Part shown: positions 1 to 9,157 of the stretch, piece by piece
How positions within the stretch are numbered: position 1 is the stretch's first letter
Layout: each line of letters begins with the position of its first letter
Assembly: GCA_049322675.1 (NCBI GenBank)
Contig: JBMORM010000009.1
Coordinates: forward strand, 16,934-80,933
Direction: 5' to 3'
DNA from: Patescibacteria group bacterium
GTDB lineage: Bacteria > Patescibacteriota > JAHJAL01
DNA: 64,000 bases
The notes under the pieces: model-generated
Database searches by the model: none
Told to the model about the DNA's origin: nothing
Seen by the model: the letters and a program-made list of their open reading frames with translations, nothing else
Program-made: the position numbers and the translations under genes

Positions 1-2127
1 TTCACCGCCATTGATTTCAAATGATTCGTTGTAAGTCAATTCACAAACGTCATAGTTGCTTGTCCAATTGCAGCTGGAAAGGGATTTTGGTCCCATTACT
101 TTGTCTCCGGCTGATTGAGTAGAAGCAACATAGCCACTGTCGGTTTCTCTGATAGTAACATCATCAAAGAAGTAGGTAGTACCATCATAAAGATCAGCGC
201 CGCCTTGACCTTCTAGTCTGATTTTTAGTTTTCTGACTTCGATATCTCTTGAAGCAGTGGAAATTGCAAAGTTCATCATATTTTGATCTTTGCCATTTTT
301 GGTGATATCACCTGTTGTAGGACCACTAAAATTAACTGTGATATCTCCACCTTGTAAAACTACATATGAATAGTAATCTAAAGCGTCATTTCCATCATAG
401 AGATTTTCGATTCTTGCACCATAGCCATATTGTTGATCAATAATCAACATGTCTGTAGTGTATTCAAGATACATCTGGACGCTTCGTCCGCTTCGACCAG
501 ATGTTGTACCTTTGACGGTAAACAATCTGGTTGAATTTTCAGGCATTTCAAAAGGAGTATCCAAGACAAAGTTGATGTTGTCGCCGTCTAGGCTTTCAGC
601 TTCAGCAATTTTTTCATTGTTGTTGTCATTCCACAATTCTAGATCTGACAAATCGGTATTGCTGATATCGCCGACTTGGACCAATGAAACACGATAAAGT
701 TTGGTGTCATTGGCGCCATTTTCGATTTTGAATTTGGCTAGGTCAGCCTTTTCTCCAACATTTGGGTTGGAAGGATTGGTGCGTTTGCTGATAGTGACTT
801 GACTGGATTCTTCATCGCCAATCGCGAACAATTGTCCTTTGATCGGGAAAGAACCACTAACGGAAGACAAAGAGACATCGCTGGCAGAGAGAATCTCAAA
901 ACCATGTTGTCCTTGTTTGCCGTTAACGAAATCAGCTACAACAGTTAGATATTCGGTTCCGGAAACTGAATAGTTGAGGTTATTGAATTCAACCATTTGG
1001 CTTGATGACGAGACGCTGCGACCATTGGTCAAGCGCTTGTCGCCTTCATATAGATAGACATTGTCAATTGCATCGGTTGAGCCAACGCCGAAACGATGGA
1101 CTTTCAAGCTGGAAATAGTTCCAGTGCCGATCAATTTGAATTTAGTCATAGCTACACCGGTAGCACCTTGAGGAAGAGTTTCTCCTCGTGGAGTATCGGA
1201 AGCCAAGGAAATAGTAACGTCACCAGTGGAGGTGCCGCTGACTGTGATTGGGAAGCTGATTGGTAGATTTAACCAACCAAGATTTTCAGTCACTAGATTG
1301 AAAGTCTCGGTGTAAGTACCATTGGCCTTGCTGGAAGGAACTTTAACAGTGAAGGTAAAGGTTCCTTGAGCGCCTGGGGCAACAGAGGCTTCAGTCAAAC
1401 CAGTTGGGCGATTGGTAGAAAGCCAAGTGGCATCATAGAAGTCTGAGCTGCGATCTTGTGGATTCCAAGTACCAAGGTGCATAGGATTGGCACCGGTATT
1501 GGACCAGGTGGCGGTTCCAGTGTTTTTGACAGTCACTGTCAAAGTAGCGGAGTCGCCGGCGGCAACAGTTGGATCGGTTGATTTGCTGATAAGCTCAGCA
1601 TTGTAACCGCTAGTGCCAGCACCAGGAGTGACAGTGATATTCCAGTAAATACCATATTTACCATGTGGAGTAGCACTAAAATTGTCCATCCAGGTAAGAT
1701 TTTCGATAACAGGGGCAAAATACTCTGGATAGGTTCCAGGAGCAGGATTGCCAACAACAGTAAAGGTAAAAGTACCGATTTCGCCAGGAGCGACTGATGA
1801 TTCATTCAAGCTAGCAGCACGATTGGCGGTTAGCCATTCGCCACTCTTGAAGAATCCGCAGTTTCGATCCTGAGGATTGATAGCAGCCAGGTGCATTGGG
1901 TTGGAACCCGAATTGGTCCAGGCGGCTGTACCGGTATTTTTCAAACTCAAGGTAACAGTAGCGCTACCACCTTGGGAAATAGTTGGCCAATCGGATTGAC
2001 CAGCCCAAGCGTAGTCGTACTCTGCAGCCTTGGCAGAAGACAAAGCAAAAGCAAAAGAAGCTACCACGATGGCAAACATGCCAAAGATGCTAGCCAATTT
2101 GCCAAAGCCTGATTTTGTAAATTTCAT
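1..2127 (-). CDS. Secreted S-layer-like surface protein with two N-terminal NBR1-type Ig-like repeats (3' end runs off the window start)
   Basis: Absent from the ORF track because the stop lies outside the window. Translated by hand from ATG 2127: MKFTKSGFGKLASIFGMFAIVVASFAFALSSAKA|AEY (signal peptide), two repeats with KNTGTxxWxNxGxNPMHL...NPQDR...VAPGxxGTFTFTV, then beta-rich sequence. Still in frame at position 1. Confidence 0.85.
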   Translation of the reverse strand, partial: MKFTKSGFGKLASIFGMFAIVVASFAFALSSAKAAEYDYAWAGQSDWPTISQGGSATVTLSLKNTGTAAWTNSGSNPMHLAAINPQDRNCGFFKSGEWLTANRAASLNESSVAPGEIGTFTFTVVGNPAPGTYPEYFAPVIENLTWMDNFSATPHGKYGIYWNITVTPGAGTSGYNAELISKSTDPTVAAGDSATLTVTVKNTGTATWSNTGANPMHLGTWNPQDRSSDFYDATWLSTNRPTGLTEASVAPGAQGTFTFTVKVPSSKANGTYTETFNLVTENLGWLNLPISFPITVSGTSTGDVTISLASDTPRGETLPQGATGVAMTKFKLIGTGTISSLKVHRFGVGSTDAIDNVYLYEGDKRLTNGRSVSSSSQMVEFNNLNYSVSGTEYLTVVADFVNGKQGQHGFEILSASDVSLSSVSGSFPIKGQLFAIGDEESSQVTISKRTNPSNPNVGEKADLAKFKIENGANDTKLYRVSLVQVGDISNTDLSDLELWNDNNNEKIAEAESLDGDNINFVLDTPFEMPENSTRLFTVKGTTSGRSGRSVQMYLEYTTDMLIIDQQYGYGARIENLYDGNDALDYYSYVVLQGGDITVNFSGPTTGDITKNGKDQNMMNFAISTASRDIEVRKLKIRLEGQGGADLYDGTTYFFDDVTIRETDSGYVASTQSAGDKVMGPKSLSSCNWTSNYDVCELTYNESFEINGGE

Positions 2128-2169
2128 AGCAAATAGACCTAAATAAAATACGGATAAATATATCAAATA

Positions 2170-2276
2170 GGAAACTTAATCTTGAGCCAATTCAACCAAA
2201 GGTACTATATAGATTAAATACCTACCGACCACTTGAGTTGAACAAAAGAATACGCGGCTTAAGATTAGCGTTTGCC
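2170..2276 (-). promoter_or_regulatory. Long hairpin in the probable 5' leader of the S-layer-like gene
   Basis: Nested inverted repeats: 2177-2188 with 2256-2267 (11/12), TTCAAC/GTTGAA, AGGTA/TACCT, closed by GG(C)AAAC/GTTTCC. Confidence 0.5.
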
Positions 2277-2300
2277 GAGAGGAGACAAAGATAAAAATAA

Positions 2301-2350
2301 AATTTCCAATTATCAATTTCCTATTTCCAATAAATATTGAAAATTGAATT
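2301..2350. repeat. Heptamer (TTGGAAA-type) repeat element, copy 1
   Basis: Reverse complement of 2301-2330 matches 37374-37403 at 28/30 positions. Confidence 0.65.
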
Positions 2351-2439
2351 GATAAATTTTTTTCTAGAATTCTGCCTGATTTTTAAAGTGCGATGGTGAA
2401 CAGGAGTATATAGTGGGGGGATAATTGACAAATTGAGGA

Positions 2440-3672
2440 TTATATGGCGGCTGGATCTTCAGCAGCTTCTGATTGCTCTAGTGTGGTAGTGGTGGTATTT
2501 TCAGTTGAGGTTGTGTCAACCGGAGTTGCAACGATTGGAGTTTCGGCTTGTTTGAGAATATCGTTTTCTTTTTTAAGGGTGATGTCGTTGACATTTTGAA
2601 CGTATTTTCCGTCTTTGTAGATGTATTTGGTAAAGAAGGAATGTTCTTTGGGTAAACTGGAAATTGGAATCATTTCTTCGCCGCAAACTGGGTCTTTGCC
2701 GGGTTTATCGGAAATGTAATCGCAGGTAGGAGAATAATACCATTGGTTTTGAATAACCAATGCGGCGCTTTCCGGGGTTGATGGTTGGGAATCTATGGGA
2801 ATATTTGAGTCTTCGGAAAGAATTATATTTTCCTCTGTTGAATCTGTCGGAGATAATTCGGGAACGGGATTAACGGGGTTCTCTTGATTGGAGGTAGAAT
2901 TTTCTATGTTGTTGTCAGGCGTAGTGTTGTCAATATTTACAATTGGTTGGTTGTCAGCTATTTCTTTTTTAACTTTGAGTGACTTTTCATCTTCTTTTAT
3001 TTCCGCGGCCAATTGATTTTTTTGTTCATTGAGTTTGATTATAGTTTCGTCCAATTTTTTGACCGTTTCTTTTTCGTCTGATTGAACAACTGCTTCGGTA
3101 GTTGATGTCTGTTCACTAACGACTTTTTCTTCGATTGGTTTTTTAACACTGACTACGGCTTGCATCAGATCCATTTGTGATTCTTGAATGGTTGATTTGA
3201 CAATAATCTTCACTTCTTCCTGGGCAGGCTGTTCATTGATTTTGCTTACGACCTTGGTTTGGATGGCTTGAAGCTGGTCGATTTGAGGAGAAAGATCATT
3301 GGCTTTTTTCTCGGAAGCAATAGTCTCGTCTTGACTAATTAATTTGGAGAATTTACTGATATTTTTTTGGTATTCATCTGAAATAGTAACGATATTGTCC
3401 AATGAAAAATCATTTTTTTCTGCCAGATAATCTAGTTCATTGAGTCTTTCAGTGCCATATTGCAGATGTAGTTGAGCTTGTTTTTGGTTGTTTTCTCCGG
3501 CGGAGATTAAGTTTATTTTTTCCAAATTGAGATCCAATTGATAAAAAGGACTATCAGGCATGACACCTTTGGAAAAATCCAGATTGGCAGCCAGCGAAGA
3601 CTGGCTGGTGAGAGTTACCAGAAAAATAAAGAGAACCATACCATAACTTATTTTTGGAAGAATATTTTTCAT
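2440..3672 (-). CDS. Secreted DUF5667-like protein with acidic low-complexity C-terminus
   Basis: Signal peptide, motif GVMPDSPFYQLDLNLEK...ERLNEL, helical body, P/T/E/N-rich tail. Confidence 0.7.
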   Translation of the reverse strand: MKNILPKISYGMVLFIFLVTLTSQSSLAANLDFSKGVMPDSPFYQLDLNLEKINLISAGENNQKQAQLHLQYGTERLNELDYLAEKNDFSLDNIVTISDEYQKNISKFSKLISQDETIASEKKANDLSPQIDQLQAIQTKVVSKINEQPAQEEVKIIVKSTIQESQMDLMQAVVSVKKPIEEKVVSEQTSTTEAVVQSDEKETVKKLDETIIKLNEQKNQLAAEIKEDEKSLKVKKEIADNQPIVNIDNTTPDNNIENSTSNQENPVNPVPELSPTDSTEENIILSEDSNIPIDSQPSTPESAALVIQNQWYYSPTCDYISDKPGKDPVCGEEMIPISSLPKEHSFFTKYIYKDGKYVQNVNDITLKKENDILKQAETPIVATPVDTTSTENTTTTTLEQSEAAEDPAAI

Positions 3673-3725
3673 ATATTGTCTGCGAAATCAGATAACGATA
3701 TTACCTACTTTTAATATTAAATCTT

Positions 3726-3747
3726 TGAAGATTAAATGAAGATAAAA
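3726..3747 (-). promoter_or_regulatory. Putative OmpR/PhoB-family binding box (tandem 11-bp direct repeat)
   Basis: TGAAGATTAAA TGAAGATAAAA between the kinase stop and the DUF5667-like start. Confidence 0.45.
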
Positions 3748-3752
3748 TTTTT

Positions 3753-5180
3753 TTAGGTTATCGAGTTGTTCTGTGGAAAAATTATTGTAACTCTAGTTCC
3801 CTTGCCGAATATGCTTTTTATATCAATTTGACCTTGATGATGATTGATAATTTCTTTGGCGATCGATAAACCCAAACCAAAGCCTTTTTTGGAATCAGTT
3901 TGACTTTTAGCGGTTTGAAAATGGCGGTCGAAAACAAAGGGCAAATCTTTTTCATGAATACCAATACCTGTATCTTGAATACTAAATATTATCTGATGGT
4001 CTTTGACGGATAGCTTGATAATAATTTTCCCGTTCGCTTGATTGTATTTGATAGCATTGTCCAAAAGATTGGTGATCAAACGTTTGATTTGGGCGTTGTT
4101 TCCCAAAAAAATATATTTTCGATTATCAATTGCTTTTTTATAATTTAGTTCCAGACCAAATTGTTTGATCTTGTTTTTGTGGCCTTCTACTACTTCGTCA
4201 ACGATTGAAGCAAAATTAATTTTTACTTTGGGGACATCGGCTAGATATTCCAGATGACTAAAATCCAGCAGATCGCCGATAATCAGATCCATTCTTTTGG
4301 TTTCAGATTTGATAGTAGTAATAATTCTGGCAAATTGGCCGGGAGTTAGATTTTTTTTGCGTAAAGCCAGGTCGGCATTGCCTTGAATGATCGTCAATGG
4401 CGTTCTCAGATCGTGGGAAACATTGGCGGTAAAGTTTTTTTCTCGAACCAATTCATGTTCGATTTTATCCAGCATTTGATTGAATGTGGAGGCTAAACGA
4501 GTCAATTCGTCTTGGTAATTTTTTGGGACCGGGAGTCGTTTTTCCAGATCTTGTGACTTGGTAATGGCGTTGACATTGTTTATTAGTTCATTGACATAAC
4601 TTAGAGTGCTGCGACCGAGAAAATATCCGGTAATCAGACTGATGACGATGGAAGCAAATATACCCAAAACCAAGATAATGGCTAGCTGGTCGAGAGCGTC
4701 AAAAGCGTTGTCAACCGGTTGGCTCAATTCGATCACGCCTACGATTTTTTCATTTTTTTTGATCGGCGCAATTAGGTAGATATTTTTTTTGTTGTCTTCG
4801 TCTTCAATGATTGAAACATATTCTTGTCCGGTCAATAAAGAAGTGTTGATTTTACTTTGACTGGGTTTTAGTTGATTTTTGAATGATCCAAGCTGGACAA
4901 TAATGTTTTTTTCTTGGTCAATAATACGTAGTGAAAGACTATTGGCGTGTAGTTTATCAGATAATAATGTATCTTGATCTTGAGATTTGAGAGCAATGGT
5001 TTGATCGGGAAATTCGATAAATTGATTGATAATCTCTTGATTTTGATTTTGTATAGAGCTTTTGAGATTGTTGGTAATATTGTGACTGAGCAAAATATAA
5101 CTAGTGACGGCAAAAATCATGACGATAACCGTCATGATCAGGGTATATAAGATAGTAAATTTTGTACGAATACTTTGCAT
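3753..5180 (-). CDS. Membrane sensor histidine kinase (2 TM, HAMP, HisKA, HATPase)
   Basis: H-box NVSHDLRTPL, N-box NLLDNAIKY, G1 DTGIGI, G2 GFGLGLSI. Confidence 0.95.
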   Translation of the reverse strand: MQSIRTKFTILYTLIMTVIVMIFAVTSYILLSHNITNNLKSSIQNQNQEIINQFIEFPDQTIALKSQDQDTLLSDKLHANSLSLRIIDQEKNIIVQLGSFKNQLKPSQSKINTSLLTGQEYVSIIEDEDNKKNIYLIAPIKKNEKIVGVIELSQPVDNAFDALDQLAIILVLGIFASIVISLITGYFLGRSTLSYVNELINNVNAITKSQDLEKRLPVPKNYQDELTRLASTFNQMLDKIEHELVREKNFTANVSHDLRTPLTIIQGNADLALRKKNLTPGQFARIITTIKSETKRMDLIIGDLLDFSHLEYLADVPKVKINFASIVDEVVEGHKNKIKQFGLELNYKKAIDNRKYIFLGNNAQIKRLITNLLDNAIKYNQANGKIIIKLSVKDHQIIFSIQDTGIGIHEKDLPFVFDRHFQTAKSQTDSKKGFGLGLSIAKEIINHHQGQIDIKSIFGKGTRVTIIFPQNNSIT

Positions 5181-5237
5181 GGATAGTGAGATTTGCTAAA
5201 AGCCGAAAACAGATCGTGAAAAGATGATTATTAATAG

Positions 5238-5909
5238 TTACTCTGATAATTTGTAGCCGGCACCGCGGATGGTTTTTATCATTTTGTGATCAAAGTCTTG
5301 ATCGATTTTTTGGCGAAGATAGCGAATATGAACTTCAACGGTATTGCTAAAAGGGTCGGTATCAGTTTCCCAGACGTGTTCCAATATTTCTTGGCGGTTG
5401 ATTACTTCGTTGGGGCGACGAATGAGATATTCCAGTAATTTATATTCTTTGTTGGTAAGATCTAGAACCTTTCCTTGTCGGACAACCTCATGAGTTTTGG
5501 TATTGAGATTTAGTTCGCCCAGTTTGAGTAAATTGCCGGTGGCATTTTTTTGTCCACGACGCAAAAGAGCCCTTATTCTGGCCATTAATTCATCAAATTC
5601 AAATGGTTTGGTAAGGTAGTCATCCGCTCCGGAATCCAGTCCAGAGATGATATCGTCAGTAGTTTTTCTGGCTGTCAGCATCAATACTGGTAGGGCCAAT
5701 TTATTTTTTCTTAACTCTTTGCAAACATTTAGTCCATCCATGTCGGGTAGCATTAAGTCCAGAATTATCAGATCATACTGGTTTATCAGGGCCATATCTA
5801 TCCCTTCCCGACCAGTAAAGGCGGCGTCAACCAAAAAATTTTCTAGACGCAATCCTTCTTTGATCAGATTAGAAATACCCTTTTCATCTTCAATAAGTAA
5901 GATTTTCAT
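5238..5909 (-). CDS. OmpR/PhoB-family response regulator
   Basis: LIEDE, LDLMLP, GADDYLTKPF, winged helix VEVHIRYLRQK...TIRGAGY. Confidence 0.95.
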   Translation of the reverse strand: MKILLIEDEKGISNLIKEGLRLENFLVDAAFTGREGIDMALINQYDLIILDLMLPDMDGLNVCKELRKNKLALPVLMLTARKTTDDIISGLDSGADDYLTKPFEFDELMARIRALLRRGQKNATGNLLKLGELNLNTKTHEVVRQGKVLDLTNKEYKLLEYLIRRPNEVINRQEILEHVWETDTDPFSNTVEVHIRYLRQKIDQDFDHKMIKTIRGAGYKLSE

Positions 5910-5924
5910 ATTGAAAAAATTTAG

Positions 5925-6290
5925 TTAGACAAGATTTATCAATTTGGGGCCAAATATTATTATTCCGATTATGATACTGACGGCGCTTGCAAATAAGACA
6001 ACACCGGCCGTGGCGTCTTTGATGATTTTGATTTTATCGTGATAATCAGGGTGTAAAACATCCAAGATGTTTTCCAATACAGTATTTACTATTTCCGCCA
6101 TGGCCACGAAAGCAATAATAATCAGAATAAACAAAAATTCGTAATAATCAATTTTTAAGATTAAGCCGAGAATCAAAGCAGCAATTCCAAATAAAACATG
6201 AATTTTGAAATTTTGTTCGTAGCGCAAAAGATAAATCAAACCGCGAATGGCATGCCCGAAGCTGGAAATTAGTTTTTTAAAGTCAAACAT
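5925..6290 (-). CDS. dgkA: Diacylglycerol/undecaprenol kinase family protein
   Basis: SFGHAIRG, EQNFKIH, AEIVNTVLE, KIIKD; 3 TM; follows ybeY. Confidence 0.9.
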   Translation of the reverse strand: MFDFKKLISSFGHAIRGLIYLLRYEQNFKIHVLFGIAALILGLILKIDYYEFLFILIIIAFVAMAEIVNTVLENILDVLHPDYHDKIKIIKDATAGVVLFASAVSIIIGIIIFGPKLINLV

Positions 6291-6292
6291 TT

Positions 6293-6706
6293 TTACAATA
6301 GGTTATTGATTTTTTGTAAAATCCTTGACCATTTCTTTTGGTCTGTCTTTGAATAGTGATCGTGTCCTAAAAGATGAATAAATCCATGGACGATGTACGA
6401 GTCGTAATTTTTACATTTTTCGTCCTGTTGTTTGATGTATTCCGGGCAAAGATATATGGAGCCAAAAATTGTGTGCTGTTGATTGTCTTTGAGGTGTGAA
6501 TGGTCAACCGGGAAAGAAAGTACGTCGGTTTCTTCATCGCGATTAAGATATTCGCGATTAAGTTTTTTGATTATTTTTCGATTAACCAATATCAATTCCA
6601 AAATATGCTGTGGTTTTATTTTGAAGTGGGAAAAAAGTTTTTGGTGGAGTTGGTCAGCATGTTTTTTAGAAAAATCTGTTTGGGTTAGATTGTAAATGAT
6701 AAGCAT
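6293..6706 (-). CDS. ybeY: rRNA maturation endoribonuclease YbeY
   Basis: LNREY, TDVLSFP, HGFIHLLGHDH. Confidence 0.93.
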   Translation of the reverse strand: MLIIYNLTQTDFSKKHADQLHQKLFSHFKIKPQHILELILVNRKIIKKLNREYLNRDEETDVLSFPVDHSHLKDNQQHTIFGSIYLCPEYIKQQDEKCKNYDSYIVHGFIHLLGHDHYSKTDQKKWSRILQKINNLL

Positions 6707-6720
6707 AAGCCAAAATATAC

Positions 6721-6746
6721 TTATAGAGACTAAAAAGTCTCTATAA
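6721..6746 (-). terminator. Hairpin downstream of rpsU
   Basis: TTATAGAGACT...AGTCTCTATAA inverted repeat; weak U-tail. Confidence 0.45.
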
Positions 6747-6759
6747 AGTTGTTACGAAA

Positions 6760-6954
6760 TTATTTGAGTAATCTTCGTTTTAATCTAGCTGCTTTTTGAA
6801 TGGCAACAATGCGTTTGAATTTTCTTTTTACAGGTCGGACTCGCCTTTGTCTTTCTTTGGCATTGGTTATGACTTTGCTTTGTTGGACATTGCGAATAAA
6901 ACGACGTAATAGACTCTCAACGTTTTCATTGTCGCGACGAATTACTTTTGTCAA
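6760..6954 (-). CDS. rpsU: 30S ribosomal protein bS21
   Basis: ENVESLLRRF, basic, 64 aa; TTG start with SD AGGAGGTGAT at 6960-6969. Confidence 0.85.
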   Translation of the reverse strand: MTKVIRRDNENVESLLRRFIRNVQQSKVITNAKERQRRVRPVKRKFKRIVAIQKAARLKRRLLK

Positions 6955-7040
6955 TTGATATCACCTCCTCCAGATAAGTAATTTATACTGATGCATATAT
7001 ATTATTGAATACCAGAGATATTTAGTCAAGATGTGAGCGA

Positions 7041-7382
7041 TCAGGCCATTGATCCGAGTATTTTTCCTCCCAAAAGATGCAGATGAAGATGATCTACGGT
7101 TTGTCCGGCGCCTGAACGAGTATTGATTACGAGACGATAACCTGTTTCGGAAAGTTGATAATCAAAAGCCAATTTTTTGGCCAAAATAAACATTTTACCA
7201 ATCAATTCGGTATCTGTGTCAGAGATTTCATTGATGTTTTTTATATGTCTTTTGGGGACAATAAGGACGTGAACAGGTGTTTTGGGATTTATATCTTTGA
7301 AGGCGACAATATGCTCATCTTCGTAAAGTAAATCGCAAGGAATTTCACGGGAGGAGATTTTGCAAAAAAGGCATTGGTCCAT
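7041..7382 (-). CDS. hinT: Histidine triad (HIT/HinT) nucleotide-binding protein
   Basis: CLFCKI, GQTVDHLHLHLLGG. Confidence 0.92.
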   Translation of the reverse strand: MDQCLFCKISSREIPCDLLYEDEHIVAFKDINPKTPVHVLIVPKRHIKNINEISDTDTELIGKMFILAKKLAFDYQLSETGYRLVINTRSGAGQTVDHLHLHLLGGKILGSMA

Positions 7383-7425
7383 ATTATATTTTTAATAATT
7401 ATTGCAAAGGTAAAAATAATTTTAT

Positions 7426-7839
7426 TTAATCCAAACTTTCGACAACCACAGTTTTAGCCAATAGATCCCCTACTCTTTGTGAATTTTTGGTGTAGGTAAT
7501 AAAAATAAAGCCTAGGAGATAAAAAGCAGTAAAATCAATCGGACGAAGCAGATTACGGATAATGACGGAAGAAATTGAAGGGCGATTGCCTTTCTCGCTG
7601 ACCAATGTTAGTTTAAATATCTTCTTTCCTAAAGTCCAACCAAAAAGGCTTTCAAAAACTATAAAATAGGCAAAGGTAATTAGGATGAAGATAATGAGAG
7701 TGTTATTTTCAAGTTTTATGTTCTCGGATGGAAAGGAGAAGAGTTTAAGATAGATAGCCAGTAGAGCAGCATTTATCAATAAATGATCGAAAATAACTGC
7801 AAAAATTCGTTTGTAAATATTGGCGTTAATCAGATTCAT
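7426..7839 (-). CDS. RDD-family membrane protein
   Basis: KRIFAVIFD, TLGKKIF, RNLLRPID, QRVGDLLAKTVVV. Start moved to ATG 7839 (AGGAG at 7847-7851). Confidence 0.85.
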   Translation of the reverse strand: MNLINANIYKRIFAVIFDHLLINAALLAIYLKLFSFPSENIKLENNTLIIFILITFAYFIVFESLFGWTLGKKIFKLTLVSEKGNRPSISSVIIRNLLRPIDFTAFYLLGFIFITYTKNSQRVGDLLAKTVVVESLD

Positions 7840-7894
7840 ATTTTTACTCCTACAACTAGGATATAACAATTTTTTTAATAAAGAAAAAACATTG

Positions 7895-9157
7895 TCATTC
7901 TTGTTCTCCCATGAGGTCGTTTGCAACTATTTTTCTTATTTTGATGGGATAAATACGATTGGGTGACAATGGTTGGGAAGAGTTGATGATAACCGGCAGG
8001 TAACTATCTGAATATCCTCGATAAATATTTTTGTTTTGATCTTTTTGACGTATTTGCTCGATTAGGACTGGGACAATTTTGCCAATTTGACTAGTAAAAA
8101 AAAGGTGGCGAGACTTGCTAGCAACTGCATTAAGCATTTGATATCGTTTTTTTATTTCTTGATAATCGACTTGGTTGGCATATTTTGACGAATCAGTCTG
8201 GGAATGATTGGAATATGAAAATAGATGTACTTTTAGAAATGGAATTTGCTCAATGACTTGTATAGTGCAGTCAAGGTCTTGTTGATCTTCTCCAGGGAAG
8301 CCAACGATAACATCAGTAGTAATAGAAACTCCAGGAATTAATTTATAAATTTTTTTGGTTGTGGCTAGATATTTCGAAACGGAATAAGGGCGTCGCATTA
8401 ATTTCAAAATTTTGTCGGAACCAGATTGGAGAGCCAGATGAAAATGAGGACAGATAATCTTTGAATATGATTGATATAGGCTCAAGAGTTCATCGTTGAT
8501 ATCACAAACATCAATTGAGCTAATTCTAAGTCTTTTGATATTGGTTTGATCGAGAATAAATTTGATAAGTTGCTGTAGATCAAATTTTTCGTATTTATAC
8601 TGTCCAAGATTTGTTCCAGTAAGAACTATTTCTTGAAAGTCATGCTGGAGATAAAAATTTATTTGTTTAATGATTTCGTCAGGAGAGATGCTACTAGAGT
8701 TTCCGCGTTGAAAGGGAATGACGCAATAAGAGCAGCGGGTATTGCATCCACTTTGAATTTTGATAAAGCTTCGAGTTTTAGCCAGCTGCGGGCGGGTAGA
8801 TATGGGAATAATTGCTTTTTGACTTGGTTTGGTAATTAGTTTTTTTAGGAGGCCTGGGACAGTATTTTTTTTGGCACTAGGTACAACAAGAATATTATCC
8901 GGATTTTTTTGACGAATAAAAGACAATGGCATACATCCGGTGACTATAAAGATTTTGTCAGTTTGAATATTTTTTTGAATAAATTGTTGTATTTTTTCAA
9001 AAGCCCTACCGGTAACGTTGCAGGTGTTAATTAAAATCAAATCAGCGTGTCTGATTTGATTTGTTGAGGTATAACCCAGATCGAAAGCGGAAATTTTTAA
9101 TTCCTGTAACTCAGCCAGATTTAGCTTACAGCCAAAGTTTTGAAAAAATATTTTCAT
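7895..9157 (-). CDS. mtaB: Radical SAM tRNA methylthiotransferase, MtaB type
   Basis: FGCKLN, INTCNVT, VTGC, CNTRCSYC, TDVIVGFPGE. Start moved to ATG 9157 (TAATG overlap with hisS). Confidence 0.85.
   Translation of the reverse strand: MKIFFQNFGCKLNLAELQELKISAFDLGYTSTNQIRHADLILINTCNVTGRAFEKIQQFIQKNIQTDKIFIVTGCMPLSFIRQKNPDNILVVPSAKKNTVPGLLKKLITKPSQKAIIPISTRPQLAKTRSFIKIQSGCNTRCSYCVIPFQRGNSSSISPDEIIKQINFYLQHDFQEIVLTGTNLGQYKYEKFDLQQLIKFILDQTNIKRLRISSIDVCDINDELLSLYQSYSKIICPHFHLALQSGSDKILKLMRRPYSVSKYLATTKKIYKLIPGVSITTDVIVGFPGEDQQDLDCTIQVIEQIPFLKVHLFSYSNHSQTDSSKYANQVDYQEIKKRYQMLNAVASKSRHLFFTSQIGKIVPVLIEQIRQKDQNKNIYRGYSDSYLPVIINSSQPLSPNRIYPIKIRKIVANDLMGEQE

Noticed and set aside
449-2112. Short ORFs 449-697, 1539-1805 and 1891-2112
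   Set aside because: Antisense or off-frame shadows of the surface-protein CDS at 1-2127.
2230-2280. c-di-GMP-I riboswitch suggested by GGCAAAC on the minus strand
   Set aside because: The GNRA hairpin and the following GACGCAAA element are absent; the segment pairs within the long hairpin instead.
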